Assembly (NCBI GenBank): GCA_900553365.1
Contig: USDL01000001.1
Coordinates: 55,967-119,966 of the forward strand
Source: an uncultured Clostridium sp.
GTDB taxonomy: Bacteria; Bacillota; Clostridia; TANB77; CAG-508
Direction: 5' to 3'
Length of the DNA: 64,000 bases
Numbering within the stretch: the stretch's first letter is position 1; every line of letters starts with the position of its first letter. The translations under genes were made by a program, and so were the position numbers. This document shows, piece after piece, positions 34,901 to 45,958 of this stretch. The notes under the pieces were generated by a model. That model did no database searches. It was given only the letters and a program-made list of their open reading frames with translations, and was not told where the DNA came from.

Positions 34901-37900
34901 TTAGTATAACTCTCGACAGCTTGTAATAAAAGTTGTTCAGCATTGTCAATACCAAGCTTGGATAAAAGGTCTGCTTTTTCTTTTAATACTCTTGCGAATT
35001 GTTCTTGAGCATCTACTATCTCTGTAGCACCGTTCCATTTTACCTCAACATCTTTTCCAGCAAAACCTTCAACTCCAGAAAATCCAGTCTTACTTAAAAG
35101 GTCAAAAACCTCATGCTCTAAATTGCCTTTTTCTCTGCTTATAATTGCATTTTTCTTTTTAGCAAAATCTTGCGCGGTCATGCCAATTTTTTCAGCGGTT
35201 AATTGTTCTCCTTTAGGAGTGTTGGCAATAGCAGCCATAAAAGCTTTTTCATCGGCAATAGCTGTTGCAGAAGGAGTAAAGCCTTTTAAAGCTCCACCGA
35301 GTTGAGTAATACTTCTTAACTTGTTACCATTAGTATCGGTATAAGTATGTGTTGCATCATCATAAGATTGCAAATCTTTATATGTATATGTAACACCTTT
35401 TTGAATTTCAGCTTCTTTGGCGCTTTCACTTACTTTATCTAAAGCGCCCTCTTCTTTAGCTAACTATTTAACTAAATCTTGAGACACCAAAATCTTTTGT
35501 TGTTCTGCATCTGCCGCAGATAAAACTTCTGTTTCATGTTTATCTAAAGCAGTATTAACATCGGTTATAGCCGCCTCTTCTTGTTGTAAAGCTTTTTCTG
35601 TTTGAGACGTTTCATTTGCCATAATAGGAGTAGATTCAATTGCTTGTTCTATTTGTTGAGAATCTTGAATTACATTGGTTTTAATTTGTTCAGAAACATC
35701 CTCAACTGTTGTTGCAGCTTGTTCTGAGTAAGTAATAAGCTATTTTAATAAACTATCAAACGTATATTTAACAGTTTTACCGTCTTCTAAAAGAGCTTCA
35801 ATAACTTGCCGAGCTCCTTCTCCTTTTATACCAGTAATTATTCCACCAAAAGTCCGCCTAACAGAATTTTTAGCAGTAAAAGAAGACCCTTGAGAAAAAC
35901 CAGATTGTTTTACACTTTCTTTTAAATTCTTGATTCTTTCAGCTTCAGGATTCAAGGGCGTTGCAACAGGAACATTAAAATCATCTTTTCCTGTATTCTT
36001 TTTACCTTTTCTAACAACTGGGGTTTGAGCCATAACAAGTTCATCCCAGTTTTTATAATGAAAATCTATTTCAGCCTAAATTTCTTGAATGCGTTTTAAA
36101 TTTTTATTTTTACTTGCTTCACTCTTAGGATTAGCAACTAAAGCTTGTACTCTTGCAAGCTCTTTCTTTTTCTGTTCAAGAATACTTTTTGCAATCTCAG
36201 CATTTTCTTGGGGACTGTTACCACCATAAATATTACCAGTTAAACCAGCTTTGTTCTACAAATTGGTAGTTAAAGCAGGAGAAGGATTACTTGTAATTTC
36301 TTCCCAGTTTACATCCTAACCTCTGATACCCTCTCTTTGATAATAGGGAGCATTCACTCCTTTGTTTGGGTTAATGGCATTGCCAGAAGAACTCACTCTA
36401 TATTCTACAGTATCTTCCACCCATCTTTGAGCAGAAGCAGTAGCTCTACGGTCTCCCTCATCTGTTTTTACAACTTTAGAAATAGTTCCGTTCAAATTCT
36501 CGTAAGCTTTAGCAAGAACTGTAATAAACTTATTAACCCCTTCTTCTGTTTGTCCAACAACAGAAAAGAACGCTTGTAATTTGTCACTTACCTTGTCAGA
36601 TTCGACTGAATCATAACGTTCTCTTGCAGCTTTAGATTCTTCATATTTTTGAGCTATTTCAGGATTTTCTTTGAAGAATTTTTCTCTGTATTTTTCTTCT
36701 TTGATAGGTTTAAGTCCTTGTGCCTATCTCGCTTGGTTTAAATTGTTTAAATTATGAGAAAGAGATGCGTCCATCCCCTCGGAAAAAGCATAAATTTTAG
36801 AAATAGAATTTGCAATAGTGTTTGCGTCCATTCCAGTAAACCGAGGATTACCTTCTGCTATTTTACGAAGTCCTTCTTCTAGCTCAGAATTGCCACCTAT
36901 TTCACTTACAATATCAGCGAGCCAATTTATTCTCTCAACTGCTTGCTTGACAGCTTCATCCCCTGCTGTTCCAGTTTGTTGAAATGCTAATGCAGATTGA
37001 ATACGTTGGAATCCTTCAGATAACCCTCCAGCCATCTTACTTCTTTGTTCTTCTAAAACAGCTTGATATTTAGCACTTGAAGTTCCAGTGATTGCACTTT
37101 CTAACGTACTATTCCGCTCTTCTCCTTCATATTTTATAGGGACATTAATAGATTGTTGAGATATAACCTCGCTCATTTGCTGTTTTGCATCAATATCAAC
37201 ACCAGCGGTTTGAACTATTTGTTCTACCAGCGCTAAAACAGCGTTGTGCAACTATTCTTTGTCACCAGATAAGCCAGCCAAGAAATCTTTTATACCCTAT
37301 TGTAAAAGCTCTCCCTTATCATCATAAGTACTTTCTTTGGCCCCTTCTATTGAATGCCAAAGTTCATCTTTATGTTTTTGGTCAATAACTTCTTGCTGTT
37401 TAGCACTAATTTGGTCTCTCTTTATTTGCTTTTCATCTGTTCTATCAGTTTTATCTTGTGTAGGAATTTCAGGTAACTCCCCCACTTCCCACCGTTGAAT
37501 CTTAGATACTTTACCTTTTAATTTTAATTGCTCTCTTAAAACACCGCTAAGTTCACTATTTTTATATAAAGCTCCTCCAATCGAGGACTCTTCAGATTCA
37601 AGAGAGGTAATACCACTTTTCATTCCAGTTAAAGCTTCTTCAAAAGCAGCTTTAATTTCCTTGGAAGAAGTATTGGCATAAGCATCTTTAATCACTTCAG
37701 GAATCAAAGAAGCTAGTTGAGAAATCTTTTGGTATTCCTCAGTTCCTTGTTTTCCACCACTTTCTAAAATCTTAAGCTGATTCAACAAAGAATTATATGC
37801 ATTTTCTATTCCTGTATAGGTTTGGTTTCTTAAATCTCCAACCCGTCCAACATTTCCTATATTTGCTAAACGTGGGTCATAAACTCTAATAGACTTTTTA

Positions 37901-38895
37901 AGCCGCCCTTCAGAATTAGTCGCGGAAACATACTCACCTTCTTTATTAATAAAAGGAGCAAATGCAGTAGTTCTTAAAACAGAAGTGTCAGTACCTTTTA
38001 CAACACGGCCTTTAGCATCAACATAGTGGTCATCTGAATCTTTTACAAAACCTTCTTGGAAGCCTCTAACTTCTATTTTTCGACCCCATTTATCAGAACC
38101 AGCTAAAGTTCTTATGCCACCAGCATGAGTCTTATCTACATATGCCCTGACATCTTTTTCTATCTGTGGATGGCGTTTCTCAAACTCCGTATCCGACATT
38201 TTAGATTTCTTTTGCTAAGTTACAATCCTTTTCATTTCCTCAGCAAAACGAGCCTCTTTCTATCGAGTAATTTTATCTTCTTCCGCCTAATTAGTTTTTG
38301 CGTTAGCTTCATAATATTTACTCATGGCATCAATTTCTTTATTATACTATTCCTCAGTTAAATTCCTTTTTGCCATGGTTTCAGCTTTATAGTCTACTTT
38401 GCCTGTTTTCGCTGCTTTTTCTCTTTCTTTCTTTATTTTTTGTTGATAGGCTTTTTGTTGCTCGGCAGCAACAATAACAGGCTTAAATTCTGTGATTTGT
38501 TTAGTATATTGCCCAATCCAAGAATCTAATTGTTTAATAAAATCAACTCTTTCTGCTAAATATTTTCCAATAGTGTCAAATTGACTATTTACACTTCCAA
38601 TATTGGAAATTTCACCAGACATTTTAGAAATTTGGGCTTTTTTACTAAGAAGAGTCTCTTTTTGTGACTGTAAAGACTAAGTAGAACTATTATTTTTTTG
38701 TAAGAAATCTGACCTTCTTGCGAATCTTTCTTGTGCAGTTAAATTCTATCCTTTGATAGATTCTTCAAATTGTTTGTTCAACTTACTCATTTTATCAGTA
38801 AGTGTTTTATCTATTTTTTCAATTTCTCGGTCTAAAAGCTAAGTACTTTTGTCCAAGCCAAGCTTTATTTCTACTTCGTATTGATTTTGAGCCAT
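25981..38895 (-). CDS. Tail tape measure protein, 4304 codons
   Basis: All gaps between about 30 ORF-track fragments were checked triplet by triplet. There is a single open frame from ATG 38893-38895 (RBS AAGGAGGAG) to TAA 25981-25983, broken only by 41 TAG codons. It contains a TP901-type tape measure core (32656-33147: ...SAGDLAEAMSRASNSAQMAGTSLD...), a Gly-zipper membrane-like segment (31135-31602) and extensive coiled coil. Confidence 0.8.
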
Positions 38896-38909
38896 TTTCA
38901 ATCTCCTCC

Positions 38910-39551
38910 TTATCCTAATTTAATACCATATTTTTGTAGCATTTTCGGTTTAATCTATTTATTAAAACGCTTTTCAAATTCTCGTTGACTTCGTGTATAA
39001 GCTATTTTATAAGTCTCTTCAATAGGAGAAAGACTTAAATTGTTTCTATTATTATTTGCTCTTGTCATATTCCAAAAATCGAATGTTAATTCTTGCACTT
39101 CATCCCACTAAGATAATGAATCAAAACCCGCAAAATCCTCTTCGAATTCTGCCTCATTAAATAAAGTTGTAGCCATATCAAAAACTAAATCTGTATCGCC
39201 AAATTGTTTTATTGTAGATTCTCTTACTGCATTTTTATTAAATGCTTTCTTTTCTTTTTCTATAGGCTTTAAAAATTTTAATTTGTTTTTATTATAAGTT
39301 AAATCAGGCCACAAATTTTTTGTGCTCGGAACAAAAAACAAAGAATCCATTAAACTATCTTTATCATAATTGTCCCCGTAATAATTATCAAAAACACTTT
39401 CAAAAACATTTTTGACTAAAGACATATATTCAAAAGAAACTTCATTCTTAATAGTTGCCATTCTTTGAGGCATTTGTTTTTCTATTTTCTTTACAATTTC
39501 TTTACAAGCATCTTCAAATGCTTTTGAAACTGTATTTGATAAATCACTCAT
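38910..39551 (-). CDS. Hypothetical protein immediately upstream of the tape measure (tail chaperone position)
   Basis: ORF 39108-39551 continues through two TAG codons to TAA 38910-38912, which lies inside the tape measure RBS region. Confidence 0.5.
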
Positions 39552-39576
39552 ATTCTTTTCCTTTCTTTAAACTATT

Positions 39577-39605
39577 AAAGAGGGAAGCGTTTTACTTCCC
39601 TCTTT
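39577..39605 (-). terminator. Terminator-like hairpin
   Basis: An 11 bp stem AAAGAGGGAAG/CTTCCCTCTTT with a 7 nt loop, just after the stop of 39669-40376. The U tract is partly inside the stem, so strength and direction are uncertain. Confidence 0.45.
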
Positions 39606-39668
39606 TAGATATATAATATGTATCTCTAGCTAGAGAACCACAATTTAATGTGGCTTAATCCTTTTTAT

Positions 39669-40376
39669 TTACTTTTTCTCTTTACCAGTTCTAATAGCTT
39701 CTAATTGAGTCAACTTTTTAATAGCTTCTGTAGCTTTATCTGCGTTTTGAGACTTACTTAATACTTCGTAAAGTTCTCTAATTTCCTTAAGAGCTTCTTT
39801 ATCACTTGCCATCTTATTTAAAAGCTCTTCATTCTTCTTCGCGGATTCTGCAAGTGCCTGATAATTAATATTACTCAACAAGCTATCCAAATCTTTCATT
39901 GCATAAATATTTAAAGATTCTTGAATCATTTCTTTCATCTCATTATAATCTTTTTCGCAATATTGCAAAATAAAAGGAGCAAAAATTGGATAAAGTAAAT
40001 CATAAGTTTGATAAGTTTGTAAATCTTTATTAGAAACATCAATCATTGCATACTCGGCAAGAAGAACATTAAAGAACATATTCTTTCTTAATGATACAAC
40101 TCTAATTTCTTCCATTTCAACATCTTGATTGTTCATATCAAAAATAAGAGTCATCATTGCTCTCATCTTATCAAGGATTGGAAGATAAGTACGAACTGTT
40201 AATTTATTTCCAAAAGCATTCAAATCTTCCTGTTTAATTTTACCAGAAATAATTTTAGAAGCGTTGTAAATCAGCTCTTCCAGAGTAATTTTCTCAACTT
40301 TTTCCTCGTTTTTCTGTTCATTTTGGGTCAAATCGACCTGTTTTTCACCAGATAAAAGTTTGTTTTCATCTGCCAT
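39669..40376 (-). CDS. Hypothetical protein (235 aa), possible tail assembly chaperone
   Basis: Intact ATG ORF with RBS AAAGGAGAG. The call rests on position only. No TAG codons. Confidence 0.4.
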   Translation of the reverse strand: MADENKLLSGEKQVDLTQNEQKNEEKVEKITLEELIYNASKIISGKIKQEDLNAFGNKLTVRTYLPILDKMRAMMTLIFDMNNQDVEMEEIRVVSLRKNMFFNVLLAEYAMIDVSNKDLQTYQTYDLLYPIFAPFILQYCEKDYNEMKEMIQESLNIYAMKDLDSLLSNINYQALAESAKKNEELLNKMASDKEALKEIRELYEVLSKSQNADKATEAIKKLTQLEAIRTGKEKK

Positions 40377-40400
40377 TTTTATTCTCTCCTTTTAATCCTT

Positions 40401-41393
40401 TTAATTATCAATACTAATACCAAATAAATCTTCAAGCTCTTTATCATCCTTCGGGGCAAGATATCCCTGCGTAGTACTGATATTATCGTGTCTTGCGATA
40501 AGCCTGAGTTTTTCGATTGGAATAGATGGCATATTATTATCAATCAAATGTTGATGCGTACCATTAGAATAATTCTCTAATGCGCTATGACGTAACGAGT
40601 GAACATTAAAAGATTGCTCTTCTCCTGTCATTTGCTCAACTATCTTTCTCCAACCAACTACCCATTCATACAAATTCCGTGGTGATGCAGCTTTTCCCTC
40701 CGCATTTACAAACAACTCGGGGATTCCATCCTCACCTCTTTGTTCTAAATATTTCTTTGCTGCTTTTTTAGTGTAATCAAAATAAATTAAAGGAAATTGC
40801 TTCCGTCTTTTTCCAGTTACAATATTTGAGCAATTTCTATCATCTCTAACACTATCTTTAAGAACCTAAGACAGTTCATTTTTTCTTGCTGAACTTTCAT
40901 AAGCTAAAGCTAGCAAAGTAGCATCTTTATATTTTTCATTTTCCATAAAATAATTATAAAGCTTCATAATTATATCATTAGAAAGAAATTCAATTTCACG
41001 AACAGCTTCCTTTGGCAATCCTTTAACTTTTGAAGCATTATTAATTAAATAATTATAATCCTGCTCATTGGAAGCATATTCAAGCATTGTTCTAACCATT
41101 GACATAAGACGATTAATACGTGCCGCACTTACTCCCAATTCTTCAGAATAATAAAGTGTAAAATTACGAAAATCTCTCTTACTTAATTCTAAAATACTTC
41201 TATTATCAAGCTTCTGCTTAATATAAAGTAATACAATTCTACCATCATTATAGTACTATGCAATAGTTGATGGCTTTTTCTTTGTTGCCTTACATTCAAT
41301 TATAAAATCATCAAGCAAATCTTTATTTTCTCGATTTACTTTTTTATATTCTTCCTCATCAAAAATTTTATTATAAGGTTGTTGACGAGCCAT
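40401..41393 (-). CDS. Tyrosine recombinase / integrase
   Basis: Three fragments join in frame through TAG at 41256 and 40866 (gaps checked). Catalytic signature: R in YESSARKNEL, HSLRHS, ARHDNISTT, and Y in TQGYL. ATG 41391-41393. Confidence 0.75.
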
Positions 41394-41769
41394 TATTCTC
41401 ACCATCCTTTTCATAATATGCAAACTAATATTCCATTTTCTACCCATCTATAATAACATTACATTTTCTAACATGACCTTTAATGTTTCCTCTTAATGTC
41501 GATTCATTGATTTGATAATACTGGGCAGCTTGATGAACATTTTCAAAGATTTTCCCTGATGTTAAACAAATAACTTGTTTTATTGGTTTTGCTTTTCTAA
41601 GTTTTGTATTCTTAGATTCATCTAAATATCTCCAATGATATCCTTTACCATCTTTATCTTTCCCACAAGTTTCTATTCTTCCATAAAGAACAGCGCGAAT
41701 ATTAGCTTCACTCCTATTAATAGATTCAGCAGCTTTTACTATACTTTCAAATATTTCTCCCGTTTCCAC
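41371..41769 (-). CDS. DNA-binding (NUMOD/IENR-like HTH repeat) module, probably the C-terminal part of the HNH endonuclease
   Basis: Repeated F(E/K)S...AA......I... HTH-like units (EIFESIVKAAESINRSEANI; KIFENVHQAAQYYQINESTL). The frame stays open upstream to the A7/T7 run at 41858-41864. It reads through TAG at 41440 and 41428 to TAA 41371-41373. Confidence 0.5.
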
Positions 41770-41851
41770 ACAGTAAACTGCCTACTTTATTTTTTCAATT
41801 CCTTCTTTTAAGGATAAAATTTCCTTAGCTTTATTTTCATTATATTCACTT

Positions 41852-42388
41852 TTATATAAAAAAATGCAATCCTTTAGCAGTAATATTTTTTTCTCTGTGA
41901 GAACAAACCATATGAATAATACTTCTTTTTACCCCTATATCTTTTGCGGCTTCAGAACAATTAGAATATTCTTTTTTCGTTTCTAAACAGACAACAGGAA
42001 GGGAACATGGATGATTTTTCCGCTAAAATGTATCAACATGCCATTTACGAATTTCAGCAAATTCATCTGCTGTAATATAACAATTTCTTTTTCTTTTATC
42101 AATCCGATTGCTCATAATCCACCAAGCTCGTATTAATGGTAATATTTTTGGATTCTCTTTAGCTAAAAGTTTATGAGCGTAATAATGTTCCTACGCTAAT
42201 AGCCAAATTAAATTCTCTTTGTTGTTTGTTCCTCCACAACTTTTAGGCTTTATGTGATGTCTTTCCATATAAACAGTTTTATATTTTTTATTTTCTCTAC
42301 TTTGTTTAATCCTGTTTATGTAATTATCATACTTTTCGTCATCTAAAGGGACAAACGGGGTAATTTCTTGTAATAATAATTTTTTCAT
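41852..42388 (-). CDS. HNH homing endonuclease (catalytic part)
   Basis: HNH motif HHIKPKSCGGTNNKENLIWL. It reads through two TAG codons (42191, and about 42023) to TAA 41852-41854. It is driven by the promoter at 42502-42530. Confidence 0.7.
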
Positions 42389-42501
42389 ATCTTAAACTCC
42401 TTACTTTTTAAAATATAAAAATAGAGCTACAAAGATAATTACTTAGTAAGGAATAAGTAAAATAGATGCGCTTTCCACTGTCTCTTTGCAACTCTTATTT
42501 A

Positions 42502-42530
42502 ATTATATCATATTTTTTTTATTTTGTCAA
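42502..42530 (-). promoter_or_regulatory. Sigma70-type promoter (TTGACA-17-TATAAT)
   Basis: On the minus strand, TTGACA (42530-42525), a 17 nt spacer, then TATAAT (42507-42502), preceded by AAGTACT as at the 19147 promoter. Confidence 0.65.
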
Positions 42531-42535
42531 GTACT

Positions 42536-43069
42536 TTAAATATTTTCCTTTCTAATATCTTCAAGCATTTTCTTTATATTATAAGTATAATGAGTTCTCT
42601 TTATTTTTTGTTCAATTATAATTGCTCCATATTGAATACAATCTAATTTATTAATGGATTGTTTATCATTTTCACATAAAAATTTACTAAAATTCTATAT
42701 AGATAACCAGTAAGTTACATTATTTGAAATGTCTTCATCATCTCTAAAATTAAATAAAAAACCAGCAAATACCCCCTCCTATTGAGCAAATTTCACCAGA
42801 CTGTTAATCTAATGAGCTTTAATCATCTTAGAAGCTTTGTCTTTTATGTCTCTCTATATAGTCAAAGATTTATAACAAGTGCTTTTGCACTCAATAGCAA
42901 ATAAATTGGGAAGTTCATATACCAAAAAATCACAGGGGTTCTCAGGTTGAAACCTAGAAGTTTTTTCATGCTGCCAAGATAAAGAAGTATCATGTAATCT
43001 TAACACAAACAGTTCATCATTCTTAGCCGCTTCTTGAAAATCCTTTTCAAAAGCTTTTCCTTTATTCAT
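42536..43069 (-). CDS. recU: RecU-like Holliday junction resolvase (PD-(D/E)xK)
   Basis: The N-terminus is NKGKAFEKDF. It also has ..CDFLVYELPNLFAIECKST.. (a D...E.K core) and GVFAGFLFNF. Four in-frame TAG codons. Stop is TAA at 42536-42538. Confidence 0.6.
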
Positions 43070-43100
43070 CTTTCACCTCTTTTAGCCTTTTTGGAATGGG

Positions 43101-43141
43101 AAAAAAAGAGATAGCCCAACCTTACTCAGTTAAGCTATCTC
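43101..43141 (-). terminator. Rho-independent terminator
   Basis: In the minus-strand RNA, the stem GAGATAGC...GCTATCTC is followed by UUUUUUU, and can be extended by AUGGGAAA/UUUCCCAU. Confidence 0.7.
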
Positions 43142-43215
43142 CTTTCCCATGAACGTTGATTATCCAGTTCAATCATTCAAAACTTTTTTAAACCACAAAC
43201 TTTAAGTAAGGGCAA

Positions 43216-43440
43216 TCAATTCCAACCGTCATAGTAGTCATTATCTTCATAATGCTTCTTTTTCTTTTTACGGTTTTCATACCTATTTCTGTTTCGAGTC
43301 TTTTCGTAATCCTCTTCGAATTCAAAAATCTCTTCTTCTTTTTTTTTCTTCACTATCTATTTTTTCTTAACCGGCTTTCTCTCTTCAGATTCATCATCTC
43401 TGTACTAATCAAAAGCCTAATTTTTATTTTTCTTACCCAT
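43216..43440 (-). CDS. Small highly basic/acidic Lys-rich protein (74 aa)
   Basis: ATG 43438-43440. Three in-frame TAG codons. Stop TGA at 43216-43218. Not in the ORF track because of the TAG codons. Confidence 0.45.
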
Positions 43441-43460
43441 AAATTCTCTCTTATTTTTAG

Positions 43461-44771
43461 TTAAACATAATAGAACTTAATATCACTAAGTCCTTTATCA
43501 TAATCAAAAACAAAAGCAATGCATCCAGCATCAGCCATAGTATATCCACTCTTTGTAGTCCAATTATCCATCTTTGTCATGGCGGAAAGAATGAAAATAG
43601 AAACGCCATAATTTTCTCTCAAAGCCCAATCATTGTGATGTAAATGACCACACAACCAATAATGATAAGATGTCTGCCCCCAATCTTCTTTAGCTTCGGT
43701 CTGCATCAAACCATTAATACGGTCTTTTTCATCACTACCATGAGTCAAACCAAGAAGAGTCTTGCCAACTCTAATATATTTCCTTGGAAAAGGAGTTGCA
43801 TCAACTTTAACTTCTTCTACATTTTTATAATACGCTTCAATTATTTGCATTAATGCAAATTCTTCAAATCGAGAGTGATTCCGAGAAACAAATACAACTT
43901 CTACTTGCGCCACTCTACTAAGCATATCTATAACTTCAATCAAAGCTTCTGTGCCTTTTTTGAAGATAGTATTAAAAGTTCCTTCGTTATCCTGCATGTG
44001 AGATTGACTTGTTGTGTAACCAGTAAAACTACTGTTAAGATAATCGTTACCAACCATATAAATAATCTTTCCCACATTATTCCAATGTACAGAATCAATC
44101 ATCTTCTTAGTGGTAGAAAGCATATTCTGTCTTGCAATTTCCATATTATACTCGACCCCTGTTTCATAGGGCTGAGAAATTCTACCAAAATGTACATCAA
44201 GATGACTAAAGAAAACCACATTTGGTTTATTACTAATATCTCCTCTAATATGTTCTGTCTTACGAGGAGACTTGAAACCTTCAAAATATTTTCTAAGCTC
44301 TTCTAAATCTAAGCCACAATCAGTAGGCTTTACAGTAATACGAGAAGAATAAAGATTCTTCAAACCACCCTTTCCATCCCCCTGTTGCCAAATACTATTT
44401 TTAGCATTAAGCAATTCAAACTGAACTGGATTATACCCGTGTGCTTTTAAAAGAGCTGTTTTATCCGTAAGCTCATCTTCTGACAGAGCTACGAATTTTT
44501 CACTTGTTCTCACACCATTACTATCTAAAGTAGTAGTATTCTTAGTGGGAATATTTTTATTAACAGGTTCGTTAACCCATCCTGAAGCATTAAATTCAGA
44601 ATAAAGCAGCGCACCTCTACGAATTGTATCAATAGTCAGAGAAGGTAAACCATACTTTTTACGAATATTATTTGCATTACTCCAAGTTGCGTCACCATTT
44701 GAAATATCCATCATTAATTGACGCATTTCACGAAGATAACCTTCGGGTACTTTATCTGTAACTAAAGCCAT
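43461..44771 (-). CDS. Calcineurin-like metallophosphoesterase with an N-terminal HTH-like region
   Basis: Motifs FSHLDVHFG, MVGNDYLN and LCGHLHHND in a 436 aa intact ORF. No TAG codons. Confidence 0.6.
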   Translation of the reverse strand: MALVTDKVPEGYLREMRQLMMDISNGDATWSNANNIRKKYGLPSLTIDTIRRGALLYSEFNASGWVNEPVNKNIPTKNTTTLDSNGVRTSEKFVALSEDELTDKTALLKAHGYNPVQFELLNAKNSIWQQGDGKGGLKNLYSSRITVKPTDCGLDLEELRKYFEGFKSPRKTEHIRGDISNKPNVVFFSHLDVHFGRISQPYETGVEYNMEIARQNMLSTTKKMIDSVHWNNVGKIIYMVGNDYLNSSFTGYTTSQSHMQDNEGTFNTIFKKGTEALIEVIDMLSRVAQVEVVFVSRNHSRFEEFALMQIIEAYYKNVEEVKVDATPFPRKYIRVGKTLLGLTHGSDEKDRINGLMQTEAKEDWGQTSYHYWLCGHLHHNDWALRENYGVSIFILSAMTKMDNWTTKSGYTMADAGCIAFVFDYDKGLSDIKFYYV

Positions 44772-44782
44772 TTTGAATCTCC

Positions 44783-45439
44783 TTAATTAAGAATTTGTGA
44801 AATATCATCAACAATATGGTCAACCAAAGAATACTGCAACTGTTGAGCATCATCCAAATACCAATCAGTCTTAAGCTTCTTAGTTAAGGTAGACTTGGAA
44901 ATAGTAGTGTTTTCTATAATATTATTATGAACCCTAGAAATCAAATTTTTATATTGCTGGTTCTGCTGTTGAACGGCGTTAAAATCACCCCGTTGCATAG
45001 CACTTCCAGAATGCAGAAGTGCCGTAGAGTTCTTTAAACAATATCTATGACCTTTATGACCATTAATAAGAATCATAGCACCGCAACTCATAGCACAAGC
45101 AAGATTAACGGTGACGATAGGCGTCTTCGAAAGCTTCATAACAGACAAAAACCCCATCGCTGAATACAAATCCCCACCATAAGAATGGACGTAAATAAAA
45201 ATCTTCTTGCGGTCTTCAATAGGAATATCTTTATCAGCATCCTCTTTGTTCCAGCGAATAATTTGCTGCATTTCTTGAAACAAAGTTTCGTCGATATCCT
45301 TGGTTATCCAAAGTTCCCTATTTTTAAGTGACCTATATTTCTAAACTAAAATAGGGTCTGGAAGTTGTAAATTAGCTTCTGGACCAAGTTCCTCTAAACA
45401 AAACAAATCATCTAAAGTATCATTCTTAATTTTATCCAT
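44783..45439 (-). CDS. ClpP-like serine protease (S14 family)
   Basis: ORF 44783-45283 extends through TAG (45351-45353) to ATG 45437-45439. ClpP-like blocks are IYVHSYGGDLYSAMG, ACAMSCGAMIL and ALLHSGS. Confidence 0.65.
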
Positions 45440-45479
45440 TTTAATACCTTTTAATCCTTTTATTTTATTAAAAAATATA

Positions 45480-45547
45480 TTTAAAAGAACAGTAATTGTT
45501 AAACAAACAAGATTTTAACAAAAGGTTAATTACTCCCTGTCCTGTTC
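45480..45547 (-). terminator. Compound hairpin with a U-rich tail downstream of the non-coding island
   Basis: In the minus-strand RNA, GAACA..GTAATT..GTTAAA pairs with TTTAAC-AATTAC-TGTTC and is followed by UUUUAAAUAUAUUUUUU. There is a bulge in the 5' arm. Confidence 0.45.
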
Positions 45548-45958
45548 TTCTTTATTGCATAAAACGCTAAAGCTAAACTCTAACGTCTTAAGGAACTCCT
45601 TGTACACATGGTACATGAGATATGTGGCTCAAACCCGCTTTACGAACCCGTAAGTTTGGTCTTCTTTAAGTCCTCATCCTGTGCTCATGGACACCACATT
45701 AAAAAGCTGCAAGACTATGCCTTGTAGCTGGCCTAAATATACAACATGGTATATAAGGTGATAAGGTTTATGCCGACACCTTAAAACGCCTTTCTCTTCC
45801 GTTTGAAACCACGCATGAAAGTATGTTGGTCGGACAGTTTTAATTGCTACCCTGTGGAAACCTGACAACCCTAATAAGCCTCCATTGCATCACTGGATGG
45901 TAGCCCAATATACAACTTCTCTGGCAACCATGACCTCTTGTGCCAATAGGTTTATTTA
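45548..45958. ncRNA. Unassigned structured non-coding island (~410 nt)
   Basis: Visibly more GC-rich than its surroundings. There is no credible ORF in any frame, even with TAG read as sense. It has many local hairpins (GCTACAAG-gcatagt-CTTGCAGC, TTACG-ggtt-CGTAA, TGTAC-catgt-GTACA, GCTACC...GGTAGC), a duplicated GTTGTATATT..GGC motif, and hairpins bracketing it on both sides. Confidence 0.4.

Noticed and set aside
45674-45868. A 64 aa TTG-initiated ORF inside the non-coding island, with a GGAGG 10 nt upstream.
   Set aside because: Its codon usage (AGG, CGA, CGG, many GC-ending codons) is unlike any other gene here. The peptide is compositionally odd and the region has dense RNA-like pairing. 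I treat it as non-coding, although this is not proven.
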